IMG/VR virus record: IMGVR_UViG_3300030419_003589
Span: 1-64,000 of that record
Direction: 5' to 3' (one strand)
DNA from: a virus
DNA length: 64,000 nt
Shown here: piece by piece, positions 9,501 to 17,773 of the stretch
Position numbering within the stretch: the first letter of the stretch is position 1
Layout: each line of letters begins with the position of its first letter
Position numbers and translations under genes: made by a program
The notes under the pieces: generated by a model
What the model was told of the DNA's origin: nothing
The model's database searches: none
Seen by the model: only the letters and a program-made list of their open reading frames with translations

Positions 9501-11700
9501 AGTGATAAATATGAATGTAGACGGCAGTGGTCAAATTAGCCATCTACTATTCAAAGATGATAAAATTAGAATTGGTCAAAATGCCGCAGCTGGAACATTC
9601 AATTATAGCCTAGGTAGTGGAGCTATAGCAATTGGAGATAGAGCTGGACTCAACTCTAGACTTTCTCACCACACAGTGTTCCTAGGTAGTGGTGCTGGTG
9701 TAAACTCTTCTGGTAATAATTACAACATACTTATAGGTAATTCAGCCGGAGCTTCTTCTTCAGGTAATCATTTTGTTACTGCTATTGGTCATCGGGCTGC
9801 TAGATACACAAATCTCGTTACTCAGAGTACTAACTTTATTGGTAGAGAAGCTGGTGGCTGGGCGAGCGGATGCGACAACTCTAACATAATAGGTATGTTC
9901 GCAGGCTATAAAATTCAGAATGTTGACAACGCAAATCTCATTGGTAATAGAGCTGGCTACGAGGCAGCCAGCATGTCTGGCTTTAATTGCATAGGCCTCC
10001 TAGCTGGAGCTGATGCTATAGGGGGAACAGATAGCAACCTTATTGGTACTAATGCTGGTTCTGGAACCTACGCTAGTGGGAACCTTGACGGATTCTATTC
10101 CTCCAACATGATAGGCAACGATGCCGGAAAAGGAGCCGTGTGCCAACCCGGATCTGGTTATGTTAACTTCATAGGCCACAAGGCTGGTGCGCATTCGTGG
10201 AGGTCAGATTTCTGTGACTTTATTGGATACGAAGCAGGTTACGCCGCCTCATCAGGCCAAGACGCGCTAGACGCCAGTACGTGGTCAGCAGGGGCAACTG
10301 AAGTAATTGCTATAGGTAAAAAGGCCTTCCGAGAATCCGCAAGAATAACACAACTTATTGCTATAGGAACTAGTGCTGGTAGACAAATCCCATCTGGATC
10401 AAATGGAAATATATTGATCGGAAAAGGTGCTGGCGCGTATGTATCAGGCTACTTGCATGAACACAACGTTTATGTAGGTACAAATGCAGCCTCTGGCATT
10501 ACGTGGGGTGAGTACAATGTTGGCCTAGGCTATAAGGCTATGGAGAACTCCATCCAAAAAACGAACGGCGTGAGTAGCCTCGGTCAAAATGTCGCCATTG
10601 GATATGAGCCGATGGTTGACTCTAGCGGGGTAGGGATATCAGTTGCTATGGGCTATAAGGCTATGCATGGCGCTAGTGGATACCTAAACTTGGGTAATTA
10701 CACCACCAAAAACATTGCGATTGGATATCACGCGGCAAAAGACGCAGGACTGGGGACCGATAACGTATTTGCTGGTAGCCACGCGGGGCAGGGTTCTGTG
10801 AAATCATCCTACGAAGTATCCATTGGCCGATTCGCGGGGTATGAAACAGATCATGAGTATGGAACTGAGCGTTCATACAATGTCAACATTGGAGACCACG
10901 CGGGATACCATAGCAAAACCCTCAAACAAAACGTCAATTTAGGTCACTGGGCTGGAGCCGATTCGTCCGGAACGCTCTCGTACAATAATGTTGCGATAGG
11001 CCCATATGCGATGTATGGTTCGAGTGGCGACCTCAACGCTTTAGCTATTGGCTACTATGCAGGTAGGCAACACAACGGTGCTCAAGGTAATGATGGATAT
11101 GGTAATATTCAGATTGGCTACAAGGCGGGGTATGAAGGTAGAGGTGGACACAACATCCTTCTCGGAAGCGATGCCGGTAAAGATCAATACCTATCCAACG
11201 CCATTGTTATCAAGCACAACAGTAACAGTTCCAACAGTGATTGGATTAATGCTACCTCCCCAGAAGATTCAACCCTATCACTGGGTACTTCAATATTCTC
11301 GGCTTACGAAAATGCTAATACACAAATAGGTAAAGAGCCATCATCAGTAAGTGACTTTAGTTCATATATTTTAAGAGTGGCTACCCATAGCGATAGCAAA
11401 GTTGTTCTCAAGACGACCAGAAATGGAGGTAGTCATACCACCGGTGACCAAATTCAATCCTCGTTGGACTCCAGCGATAAAGCAAATACGATTGTAAATG
11501 CTTATGGATTTTTGCAGATTCCTATAGCCACTTCTTCCACCGGTAGTGGAGCAACTAGACGATTATTCCTCGCAGACGGAACTGCAATTGAAGAGGTAGA
11601 AGGTACGGTTGTTGTTTGGAAGGGTGGAACTGAGTACAGACTTGCAATTTACGTAGGAAGTTCGTGGCGTAAACTCGCCAATAACCTTAGCGCATGGTAA
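6532..11700 (+). CDS. Long tail fibre / adhesin (1722 aa)
   Basis: N-terminal DRIKELSHTAGQGALTLDG...YEVGSGEY...VNFPDAGIKEVYVTYP fibre anchor; RLGIGTNAPNYALDV; central S/G/A repeats; C-terminal half of N-x-x-IG-x-x-AG beta-roll repeats. Confidence 0.8.
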   Translation: MHSDIVILSDRIKELSHTAGQGALTLDGELAGFSPFSDFYEYGDVVYYAATDGTRYEVGSGEYRQNGSNNELTRFPLRSSNLNSGPYYLNGKSADGATRGQEGYFYPLFLTKSSALAVAGATSAHTHAFSGYPGVTFYMPNNHAAHAQGSAASATGVDYAASGLPVNFPDAGIKEVYVTYPGKYSVFTGYGISGYREPKMSGVAFWGSEQLLNYDSDMLWSDARANLGISQTNPQFAIDIGGDRAYSQIRASGFFGGGSGIYFSGGQALPQDATKTASGGRQLEPFFRNKLDGTTGTDAVFYLSGIVNESICFLPQEKGTIFSGPASGCETAGCSPATPTFRFLTLEDIPDLSSLYVVQSKTMDENPNTLTQNGAIALYQESGIITYDDGFVFLKSANRLGIGTNAPNYALDVMGGNLGVSGDIITSGDIYTTWNGSVRSSGDLAVRNNAYVGGSVTVSGDLFVKGTTTYIDSTNVTIHDKQLELASLSGNAIHDDMDSLIDDGGILVRSSGNGSADTGDKKWTWKNASNTWAATTSNGENLGITSSGIIFNGGMGTVSGAYLAGSGLTLLNNKLTFAIGNMFKVGAVASGHDGNDGNYITNQIHQADEIGFSGIHGVAVNVSGEPSNLAAGGFVSGITLTVDPSGLSGLLYNEITHSGAAVSGLANTAITAVSGTLKYTIDNGAGYAGWKVKQEDTETLDTIATTEAVLFSGVSGVNVDYVPGTNTLLFDAVALSGNLQYNIDASGAAVSGFAKNQINSSGNFLRDSLNASGMNISGMFNHTVNNLTLSNITAATVITSAEGVGSNDNETTFPTTAAVKAYADSVAGSSPSYAGWRIHEADTTATYDTIGSNEVVLFSGVSGVHVDYIASANTVLFDAVGISGNLQYNIDASGAAVSGFALNYTDASGNYLRDQIQLSGVAVSGFALNYTDASGNFLLNSINASGAAVSGLANTAITAVSGTLKYSMDQITPSTAGSGLIKVALTDGSEVINMNVDGSGQISHLLFKDDKIRIGQNAAAGTFNYSLGSGAIAIGDRAGLNSRLSHHTVFLGSGAGVNSSGNNYNILIGNSAGASSSGNHFVTAIGHRAARYTNLVTQSTNFIGREAGGWASGCDNSNIIGMFAGYKIQNVDNANLIGNRAGYEAASMSGFNCIGLLAGADAIGGTDSNLIGTNAGSGTYASGNLDGFYSSNMIGNDAGKGAVCQPGSGYVNFIGHKAGAHSWRSDFCDFIGYEAGYAASSGQDALDASTWSAGATEVIAIGKKAFRESARITQLIAIGTSAGRQIPSGSNGNILIGKGAGAYVSGYLHEHNVYVGTNAASGITWGEYNVGLGYKAMENSIQKTNGVSSLGQNVAIGYEPMVDSSGVGISVAMGYKAMHGASGYLNLGNYTTKNIAIGYHAAKDAGLGTDNVFAGSHAGQGSVKSSYEVSIGRFAGYETDHEYGTERSYNVNIGDHAGYHSKTLKQNVNLGHWAGADSSGTLSYNNVAIGPYAMYGSSGDLNALAIGYYAGRQHNGAQGNDGYGNIQIGYKAGYEGRGGHNILLGSDAGKDQYLSNAIVIKHNSNSSNSDWINATSPEDSTLSLGTSIFSAYENANTQIGKEPSSVSDFSSYILRVATHSDSKVVLKTTRNGGSHTTGDQIQSSLDSSDKANTIVNAYGFLQIPIATSSTGSGATRRLFLADGTAIEEVEGTVVVWKGGTEYRLAIYVGSSWRKLANNLSAW
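8504..9430 (+). repeat. Internal nucleotide-level duplications in the fibre stalk
   Basis: About 8511-8578 matches about 9369-9430 (GCTGCGGTCTCTGG..TTAAAGTATA). About 8590-8830 matches about 9030-9270. A tandem AVSGFALNYTDASGN unit occurs twice (about 9215-9340). Confidence 0.85.
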
Positions 11701-11757
11701 TAAGCAGCAGATTTATATTTAAGCCCCCAATCTTTATAATTATAACGGAGAGAAAAA

Positions 11758-11985
11758 ATGGCTGACGAGATAGTAAGAGCAGTTAAACCAGATAATGCCA
11801 TATTTAATGGTAGTATCATTGTATCTATCGGAGAAAGAGCGCATCTAGATGAGAACGGCGTACCCGCTAGTGGACACCGAATCCATCCAGAAGTTAATCA
11901 GTTCGTTTCTTCCGGTACTTTGTTTTCTCGCTACAATACTAGATTTGATGACGTGAGATACTATACTGGCGACTCTGCCTCATAA
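11758..11985 (+). CDS. Small hypothetical virion protein
   Basis: 75 aa, GGAGAG RBS, in operon. Confidence 0.55.
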   Translation: MADEIVRAVKPDNAIFNGSIIVSIGERAHLDENGVPASGHRIHPEVNQFVSSGTLFSRYNTRFDDVRYYTGDSAS

Positions 11986-11997
11986 AGGATGTAGAAC

Positions 11998-12477
11998 ATG
12001 CCAGTCAATATCCCAGAAAGCGTTTTCACTAAGTACTACGATGTGGTGGACTCTACGTTCAACATATTCGGAGTTACATGTCAATTAGTATACATAGAGA
12101 AAGTAGAAGAGATTTCTAACTCATATAACAACATACCCAGCAACCACTCTGTTAATGCCCATAGGCGTCCACAGGACAACTACAAGAGGCAGAATAAAGT
12201 GTTTAGAGATGTTGAAAAAACAGAAGATATAAAACTTAAAGTCTACTGGGACAGCAAAAGCTGGACTAAAACAGCCGGAATTGTAGTTCCAGAAAATGCC
12301 ATCCAAACGATATTCTATGCTACAGATCTACCAAAGATTGTTAGAGCTAAAGAATTGATCGTACATAAGGATATAAAAGATTATAAAGAGATGAGATTTA
12401 AGATGTCTGGCGAGCCATTTCCAATGGGGCTGAGGCAGAATAGATACTTTGGCTGTTTTTGGGAGAGAACGGTTTGA
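11998..12477 (+). CDS. Putative head-closure / stopper-type neck protein
   Basis: 159 aa, beta-rich (FGVTCQLVY, KLKVYWD, GEPFPMGL...YFGCFWER). Position before the tail genes. Confidence 0.45.
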   Translation: MPVNIPESVFTKYYDVVDSTFNIFGVTCQLVYIEKVEEISNSYNNIPSNHSVNAHRRPQDNYKRQNKVFRDVEKTEDIKLKVYWDSKSWTKTAGIVVPENAIQTIFYATDLPKIVRAKELIVHKDIKDYKEMRFKMSGEPFPMGLRQNRYFGCFWERTV

Positions 12478-13106
12478 CACTATCTATAGATATATTAAAC
12501 ACCGATGTCGAAATAACTAAACACATATATAGTATATTACGCAAGGAAATAAATAAGAGAATAGTAAAAAACAGCAAGAGAGTTCAGAGAACGCTAAAAT
12601 CAATGATAAGGGGCTGGATAGAGCAGTCTCCAGAGGTTGCCAGTCTTTTATCTCAGGGTGTTCCGGGAAGCCTCAATGCCTTATTTGGCCTTCCTCCGGG
12701 GTCTGCCAGAGGAGCCGTTGAAGCAATAATTAACTCAGTAGAAAACGCCTTAGAAGTTAGAGTTGGCGATGTTTCTACTAACCTGACAGGTGAAGTGGTT
12801 TTTAACTTTCAAGAGGAGTCATTAACTAATCTAATAGCTCTACCAGAAGGACATCAAATCACTGAACTTGGAACAGACTTACACTGGTTAGACTGGTTAC
12901 TTAAAAAAGGTGATACAACTATAATAAAGGGATTTTTCTATGAACCATCTAACGCGGGACGCTCAGGTGGCGGAACGATGAAGATGGGAGGGATGTTTAG
13001 AGTTCCTCCTGCATTCGCTGGTGTTGACGGTAACAACTTCATCACCAAGGCTTTCATAGGCAAAGAAAGACAAATCTCTAGTGCTTTAAATCAAATATTG
13101 GTATAG
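12474..13106 (+). CDS. Putative neck / tail-completion protein
   Basis: Likely TTG start overlapping the upstream TGA, with GGAGAG 6 nt upstream (the track start is 12459). G-rich C-terminus FRVPPAFAG...NNFITKA. Assignment is mainly from synteny. Confidence 0.4.
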   Translation: MTLSIDILNTDVEITKHIYSILRKEINKRIVKNSKRVQRTLKSMIRGWIEQSPEVASLLSQGVPGSLNALFGLPPGSARGAVEAIINSVENALEVRVGDVSTNLTGEVVFNFQEESLTNLIALPEGHQITELGTDLHWLDWLLKKGDTTIIKGFFYEPSNAGRSGGGTMKMGGMFRVPPAFAGVDGNNFITKAFIGKERQISSALNQILV

Positions 13107-13110
13107 GATC

Positions 13111-14097
13111 ATGGCATTTACTTATTCACCACTAAAAGGTTTTACCACTGTACATCAGTCTACGACAAACAATGACATACAGGATAACCTTGTTGAGTAC
13201 TTTGATTGGGGCTTATTAGAAAAGAACAACTATTTCAATAGCGCTCTGGGAGAACTTTCTCCAGAGTCTATGGACTATAGCAGGTTAAGGGTATCGAAAA
13301 GCGATAACTTTACCTCCGGACAGGCTTGGGAAGGATTTAGAAAAAATTGGGTTTGGCAGAGTGGTATTTCAGGAGTAGATGGACATCATAACCCCCTAGT
13401 TGGGGATAATAACACAAAACCCGGATTATCCGGAGTTTGGGTAGATGACACCTTTTACCCCTCTAATACGACAGGAGATTATGCCCATCATATTGACTAC
13501 TTTAATGGAAGGGTTGTGTTTGACAGTGCGATTCCTACGGGATCAAAGGTTCAGGCGGAGCATAGCTACAAGTATATAAACGTTATTTACGCAAACAATT
13601 TACCTTGGATACAGGAGTTGCAGGCTAAAAGCCTAGCGATGGCCGCAAATTTCCTGACCAACGACAAGGGCGACGTAAACGTACCACAGGAAGCCAAGAT
13701 GCAATTACCGCTAATAGCGGTGGAAGTTGTCCCCACTAGAACATTTCAGGGGTACCAACTTGGCGGCGGACAGTGGATACGTCAAGATGTCGTTTTTCAC
13801 TGCATTGCTGAGGACGAAGTAACTAGAAATAAGCTTATAGATATAGTTTCATTACAAAATGATAAAACAATATGCCTATTTGACAGTAATAGAATCAATT
13901 CAGACAGCAAATTTCCTATAGATTATAGGGGAACTCCAGTTTCAGGCGCTTTAAGGTATCCAGACCTAGTAGAGGCCTATTATGGGGGTAAATTAAGGAT
14001 AACAAAATCAACTGTGCAGCAAATGCAGATGATAGATTCCAATATATTTGGAGGGGTGGTCAGGATGACCGCAGACTTAATAAAATCAAATATTTAA
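13111..14097 (+). CDS. Putative tail terminator protein with an inserted domain
   Basis: C-terminal LPLIAVEVVP...QLGGGQWIRQDVVFHCIAEDEVTRNKLIDIV pattern; IDYFNGRVVFDSA insert; directly before the major tail gene. Confidence 0.5.
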   Translation: MAFTYSPLKGFTTVHQSTTNNDIQDNLVEYFDWGLLEKNNYFNSALGELSPESMDYSRLRVSKSDNFTSGQAWEGFRKNWVWQSGISGVDGHHNPLVGDNNTKPGLSGVWVDDTFYPSNTTGDYAHHIDYFNGRVVFDSAIPTGSKVQAEHSYKYINVIYANNLPWIQELQAKSLAMAANFLTNDKGDVNVPQEAKMQLPLIAVEVVPTRTFQGYQLGGGQWIRQDVVFHCIAEDEVTRNKLIDIVSLQNDKTICLFDSNRINSDSKFPIDYRGTPVSGALRYPDLVEAYYGGKLRITKSTVQQMQMIDSNIFGGVVRMTADLIKSNI

Positions 14098-14104
14098 GTT
14101 TTTC

Positions 14105-14114
14105 GTGTATAAAT
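14105..14114 (+). promoter_or_regulatory. Putative late-promoter variant GTGTATAAAT
   Basis: Intergenic, about 40 nt upstream of the major tail gene, which has a GAGGAG RBS. Confidence 0.5.
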
Positions 14115-14151
14115 TAGTAGAAAATCTTTTTTCCATTAGAGGAGAGAAACA

Positions 14152-15342
14152 ATGTCATTAAATGATAGAATTTTTTATGCAACGCAGGCTGTTGGTATAC
14201 AACGGCACGCAGACGGAGGCAACGTTGGGGCTGCTCAGGTTGTCCACGGTCTTCAGAGCGTTGGTATGACCACAAACTTTAACTTGGAACAGGCTTTTGA
14301 GCTTGGCCAAATTGAAATTTATGAAAACATAGAAGGTACTCCGGATGTCGAAGTTACCTTAGAGAAAGTTCTCGATGGATATCCGCTCATATATCATATG
14401 GCCACATCCGGTGAGATTACTGGGATGGCCTCTGGTCTTGTTGGACGCTCTAAGTCTAGATGCGACCTGCGACTAGGTATTTTCCCTGACGGTGAAAATA
14501 ATGTAAAGGCTGGTGGCGCCTCTGCTGAAGCTGAAGTTTACTGCTCTGGTATGTATGTAAGCTCTATATCGTACACTATTCCTACTGATGGCAGCATGAC
14601 AGAATCCGTCACTCTGGTTGGTAACAATAAGCAATGGCTTACTTCCTCTCAGAAATTGACCACTACTTCTGTAGCCGCTTTTGACGGTCAAGACTTCCCA
14701 GCAGCACTTACTTCTGGTGTTCACACGGGTGCTCAAACCGCATCTGGTGGTGTCCAGCAGCGAGAGGATGTTTTGCTGTCTGGTTGTATGCTTCCCGCAA
14801 GTATTAAGGGCGTTCTTGGTTCTGGCTATGGAAACGCTTGGGACCATAGTAAAAACGTACCTCGTGTTCACCTTCAAAGCTTTAGCGTTAGTACCGACTT
14901 CTCTCGTGAAGACATTTTGGAGCTTGGTAGAAAAACCCCATATGCTCGCCCAGCTACCTTCCCAATTGAGGTTACATGCGAGATTGAAGCTGTTACAACG
15001 TCTGGTGACTTTGTAAATGCTTATGAGTTTGGTGATGCTTCACTTGATGGCACCACCGCTTCTGGTAATAACACCCAACAAGAGAATATATTTGTTGTGA
15101 CCAGAGCTGGTTACGCTTGGGACTTGGGTAACGGAAATAGACTTGCAAGTGTTAGTTATGGTGGAGGAGATGCGACTGGAGGTAACGCAACATGTACTTA
15201 CAGTTACACAAACTTTAACGAGCTTGATGTTCAAGATTACTCGCAGAATGGCTTTGTTGGATTTGGCGCTCTTAATGAAATTTCAGCCGGTGCTGATGCA
15301 TTAGCCACATTCCCAACAGGCAAGTTCTTTAAGACCGCATAG
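14152..15342 (+). CDS. Major tail (tube) protein
   Basis: 396 aa; VHGLQSVGMTTNFNLEQAFELGQIEIYENIEGTPDVEVTLEK tube-like strands, repeated later as LQSFSVSTDFSREDILELG. Strong GGT/GCT/ACT codon bias. Precedes the chaperones and TMP. Confidence 0.7.
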   Translation: MSLNDRIFYATQAVGIQRHADGGNVGAAQVVHGLQSVGMTTNFNLEQAFELGQIEIYENIEGTPDVEVTLEKVLDGYPLIYHMATSGEITGMASGLVGRSKSRCDLRLGIFPDGENNVKAGGASAEAEVYCSGMYVSSISYTIPTDGSMTESVTLVGNNKQWLTSSQKLTTTSVAAFDGQDFPAALTSGVHTGAQTASGGVQQREDVLLSGCMLPASIKGVLGSGYGNAWDHSKNVPRVHLQSFSVSTDFSREDILELGRKTPYARPATFPIEVTCEIEAVTTSGDFVNAYEFGDASLDGTTASGNNTQQENIFVVTRAGYAWDLGNGNRLASVSYGGGDATGGNATCTYSYTNFNELDVQDYSQNGFVGFGALNEISAGADALATFPTGKFFKTA

Positions 15343-15355
15343 TAGAATTCTACTA
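15340..15355. repeat. Perfect 16-bp palindrome TAGTAGAATTCTACTA over the major tail stop codon
   Basis: The sequence equals its own reverse complement. Confidence 0.9.
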
Positions 15356-15363
15356 AGGATCAT

Positions 15364-15460
15364 CCTCATAACCTGCGATAGCCCACGTTTAGGACGGGCG
15401 AGTGGGTTATAGGAGCTAGGAAAGGAAATACTATGATATACACATGCTCCCGCCATGAGG
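15364..15460 (+). promoter_or_regulatory. Candidate structured cis-regulatory RNA leader
   Basis: Complementary pairs: CCTCAT 15364-69 with ATGAGG 15455-60; ATAACC 15368-73 with GGTTAT 15405-10; GCC..CGT/ACGGGC hairpin 15381-99; GGAGC 15412-16 with GCTCC 15446-50. Confidence 0.45.
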
Positions 15461-15468
15461 TTTCTTGA
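15433..15468 (+). CDS. Putative 11-aa leader peptide (MIYTCSRHEVS)
   Basis: AGGAAAGGA 6 nt upstream of the ATG; its TGA overlaps the ATG of the next gene (TGATG). Confidence 0.45.
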   Translation: MIYTCSRHEVS

Positions 15469-16514
15469 TGAAGCAGCATGAGCGGGAGTATTTTGTTTCT
15501 AGACTAAGATCTGGGATGTATCTTGTTGAATATGACAACTTTAGGCTAAAGGTTGTCGCACCCACCATTGAAGACGAGTTTTACATAAACAAAGCTTTTA
15601 TGGAAGCCTTTGAAGAAGCGTATCATCAGGAGTTAATGACACAAGATGATATGCAAGAATGGATGTATGAAAAAGGATTATGGACAGAAGAAGACGACAC
15701 AAAGCTAAAACAATTTAATGACAATATAGAAAAACTTAAAATCCAGATATTTGAAAATAGGTACAAGGAAGAACTACGCGAGCAAGCGAGAAAGTATCTT
15801 AGGGTAACTGAGGAAGCGATTAGAAAACAGCAGCAGAAAAAAGATTCACTATTTGAGAACACATGCGAAGGAACCGCTTTTACAAGAAAATGCATAGAGC
15901 AAATTAAAAGATGCACTTTTCTAGGAAGTGAACTTTGTGACTTTTCCGTGGTTGATGCCAATAAAGTTTTTTCTCTTGTGACGGGAAGCTACCTAATAGA
16001 GTCTGATGTTAGGGAGTTGGCCAGAAGTGAACCTTGGAGATCAATATGGCTAATGAAGGAAGATACCGGTCAAACACTATTTACAAATTGCCCAGAGAGA
16101 GAACTAACGTACGACCAAAGAAATATTTGTGTCTGGTCTAGAATGTACGATAATGTACAAGAATCAACAGAGTGCCCGGACGATGAAGTAATTAATGACG
16201 ATGATATGCTAGACGGCTGGTTCATCATTCAAAGAAAGAAACAAGAAAAGGAGAAGCTGGAGTCAACAGTGGACAGCATGACCAACAACTCGAAGATAGC
16301 AAACTCGCAAGAAGTGTTTATCATGACGGATAATCAGCAACAGGCCGATATGATAAACTCCGCAAACAGCCTGCATGGACAATTGCTCAAGAAGCAAAGG
16401 CTGGCACAAGTAAGAGCTGCCGGAGGTGAGTTGAAAGATCAGCAGCTTCAGGACAAGCAGCTGGAGTTAAGGACGATTTCTAATGAACAGTATAAACAAA
16501 AATTTAGGAGATAG
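15468..16514 (+). CDS. Putative tail assembly chaperone A
   Basis: Acidic, helical, between the tail tube gene and TMP, SG-poor. Paralogous to 16884..17738. Confidence 0.5.
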   Translation: MKQHEREYFVSRLRSGMYLVEYDNFRLKVVAPTIEDEFYINKAFMEAFEEAYHQELMTQDDMQEWMYEKGLWTEEDDTKLKQFNDNIEKLKIQIFENRYKEELREQARKYLRVTEEAIRKQQQKKDSLFENTCEGTAFTRKCIEQIKRCTFLGSELCDFSVVDANKVFSLVTGSYLIESDVRELARSEPWRSIWLMKEDTGQTLFTNCPERELTYDQRNICVWSRMYDNVQESTECPDDEVINDDDMLDGWFIIQRKKQEKEKLESTVDSMTNNSKIANSQEVFIMTDNQQQADMINSANSLHGQLLKKQRLAQVRAAGGELKDQQLQDKQLELRTISNEQYKQKFRR

Positions 16515-16516
16515 AG

Positions 16517-16882
16517 ATGGAAGACTTCGATAAACTAATAAGGGACCAAAAGGAGTACAAGCACCAAAGAGAAGAAAAATACAGACACGACTCAAAATAC
16601 AGGCTAGCAAAAATACTAAAGAAAAAAGTTGAAACCACTATGATTGGGGCTTTAAGCTCAATAGAGGAGCATTTTTCTTTTTTATGGACAAGTAGTAACG
16701 GAGACGAACTATCTCCAGAGCAAAAGATAATGTTTGATACTTTTCAGAAGGTTCGCTCTGAAATATTAGACAAAGGTAATACTCAGTCTAGGAATATAGA
16801 CGCTGAGTTGAGCCAGTATGACATTAAGTGGTTAAGATATTCTGTAAACATACCAGTACAAAATAAAACTAAGGAGGACTAG
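16517..16882 (+). CDS. Hypothetical protein in the tail assembly block
   Basis: 121 aa, helical, AGGAGA RBS. Confidence 0.55.
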   Translation: MEDFDKLIRDQKEYKHQREEKYRHDSKYRLAKILKKKVETTMIGALSSIEEHFSFLWTSSNGDELSPEQKIMFDTFQKVRSEILDKGNTQSRNIDAELSQYDIKWLRYSVNIPVQNKTKED

Positions 16883-16883
16883 G

Positions 16884-17738
16884 ATGACAAATCAAGAACA
16901 AGAAGTAACAATTAATGGACAAAAAGTAACCATATACGTTACAAAGCCGTCAAACGAGGTCATTTCTAATGCAGACATGTATAGAGCTAAGATCTGGAAC
17001 AAATGCATTAGAGATGGAATTATTACCAAAAAAGAACTAAAAGCACTAATGGAGGAAAGAGGCATATGGGACAAGACAAAAAGCGATAAAGAGGATGAGA
17101 TCGGCAAAGAAATAAGCACTTTGGAGAAAAATCTCTATAGGGGAAAAAGCGGTAAAAAACCTAAAGTTTCTGAGGGAAAAGAACTCGCCGTTCAAATGCG
17201 TGACCTGAGAAGGGACTTGAGAGAATTAATAGCAGAAAGATTGGCCCTAGAAGAGAACACTGCTGAATCACTAGCTGATAATGGTAGATTTGATTACTTC
17301 GTAGCCAACTGTACGTTTTTCAAGGATTCTGACAAAAGAGTGTATAATAGTGTGGAAGATTACAGCTCTAAAAGCTCTGATGAAATAGCTTTTGCTGCTG
17401 CCTCTATGCTTGGTAACATACTCTACAACCTAGATTCAGATTTTGAGAAGAATTTACCTGAAAATAGATGGCTAAGGACGTTTGAGCTAACAGACGAGGA
17501 AGGAAACTTCGTCAACCATGAGGGTCAAACGGTCGATGCTAAAGGGAATACAATCAATGACTTAGGGCACTATCTAGACGCAGATGGTAACAGAGTTGAT
17601 GTTGATGGAAATCCATTAGATGATGACGGAAACTACATATTAGTAGATTACGAAAATGACCTCGCTGCACCAAAGAAAAAGCGCAGAACGAGGAAGAAAG
17701 CACCTGTAAACACTGAGACTGAAACCACGGAGAGCTAG
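16884..17738 (+). CDS. Putative tail assembly chaperone B, with a C-terminal 7x7-residue repeat and basic tail
   Basis: Immediately precedes the TMP. GIW..., EENTAESLA...ANCTF align with chaperone A. Confidence 0.5.
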   Translation: MTNQEQEVTINGQKVTIYVTKPSNEVISNADMYRAKIWNKCIRDGIITKKELKALMEERGIWDKTKSDKEDEIGKEISTLEKNLYRGKSGKKPKVSEGKELAVQMRDLRRDLRELIAERLALEENTAESLADNGRFDYFVANCTFFKDSDKRVYNSVEDYSSKSSDEIAFAAASMLGNILYNLDSDFEKNLPENRWLRTFELTDEEGNFVNHEGQTVDAKGNTINDLGHYLDADGNRVDVDGNPLDDDGNYILVDYENDLAAPKKKRRTRKKAPVNTETETTES

Positions 17739-17773
17739 CGGAAAGTGTAGTCAAATTATTTTAGAGAGATGAA

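Noticed and set aside
5509-11700. Frequent Ala-Ser-Gly as MIO cofactor precursors
   Set aside because: MIO formation needs the ammonia-lyase fold. The residue before SG varies freely (V, I, S, D, L, T), so the signal is SG, not ASG.
15345-15360. AATTCTACTAAG resembles part of a Cas12a direct repeat
   Set aside because: Single copy, no spacers or array, no cas gene; explained as half of a palindrome.
16480-17773. Programmed -1 frameshift in the tail chaperones (AAATTTA at about 16500; GAAAAAG at about 17675)
   Set aside because: Neither fits an in-frame X XXY YYZ heptamer, and the downstream ORFs have their own RBS and start.
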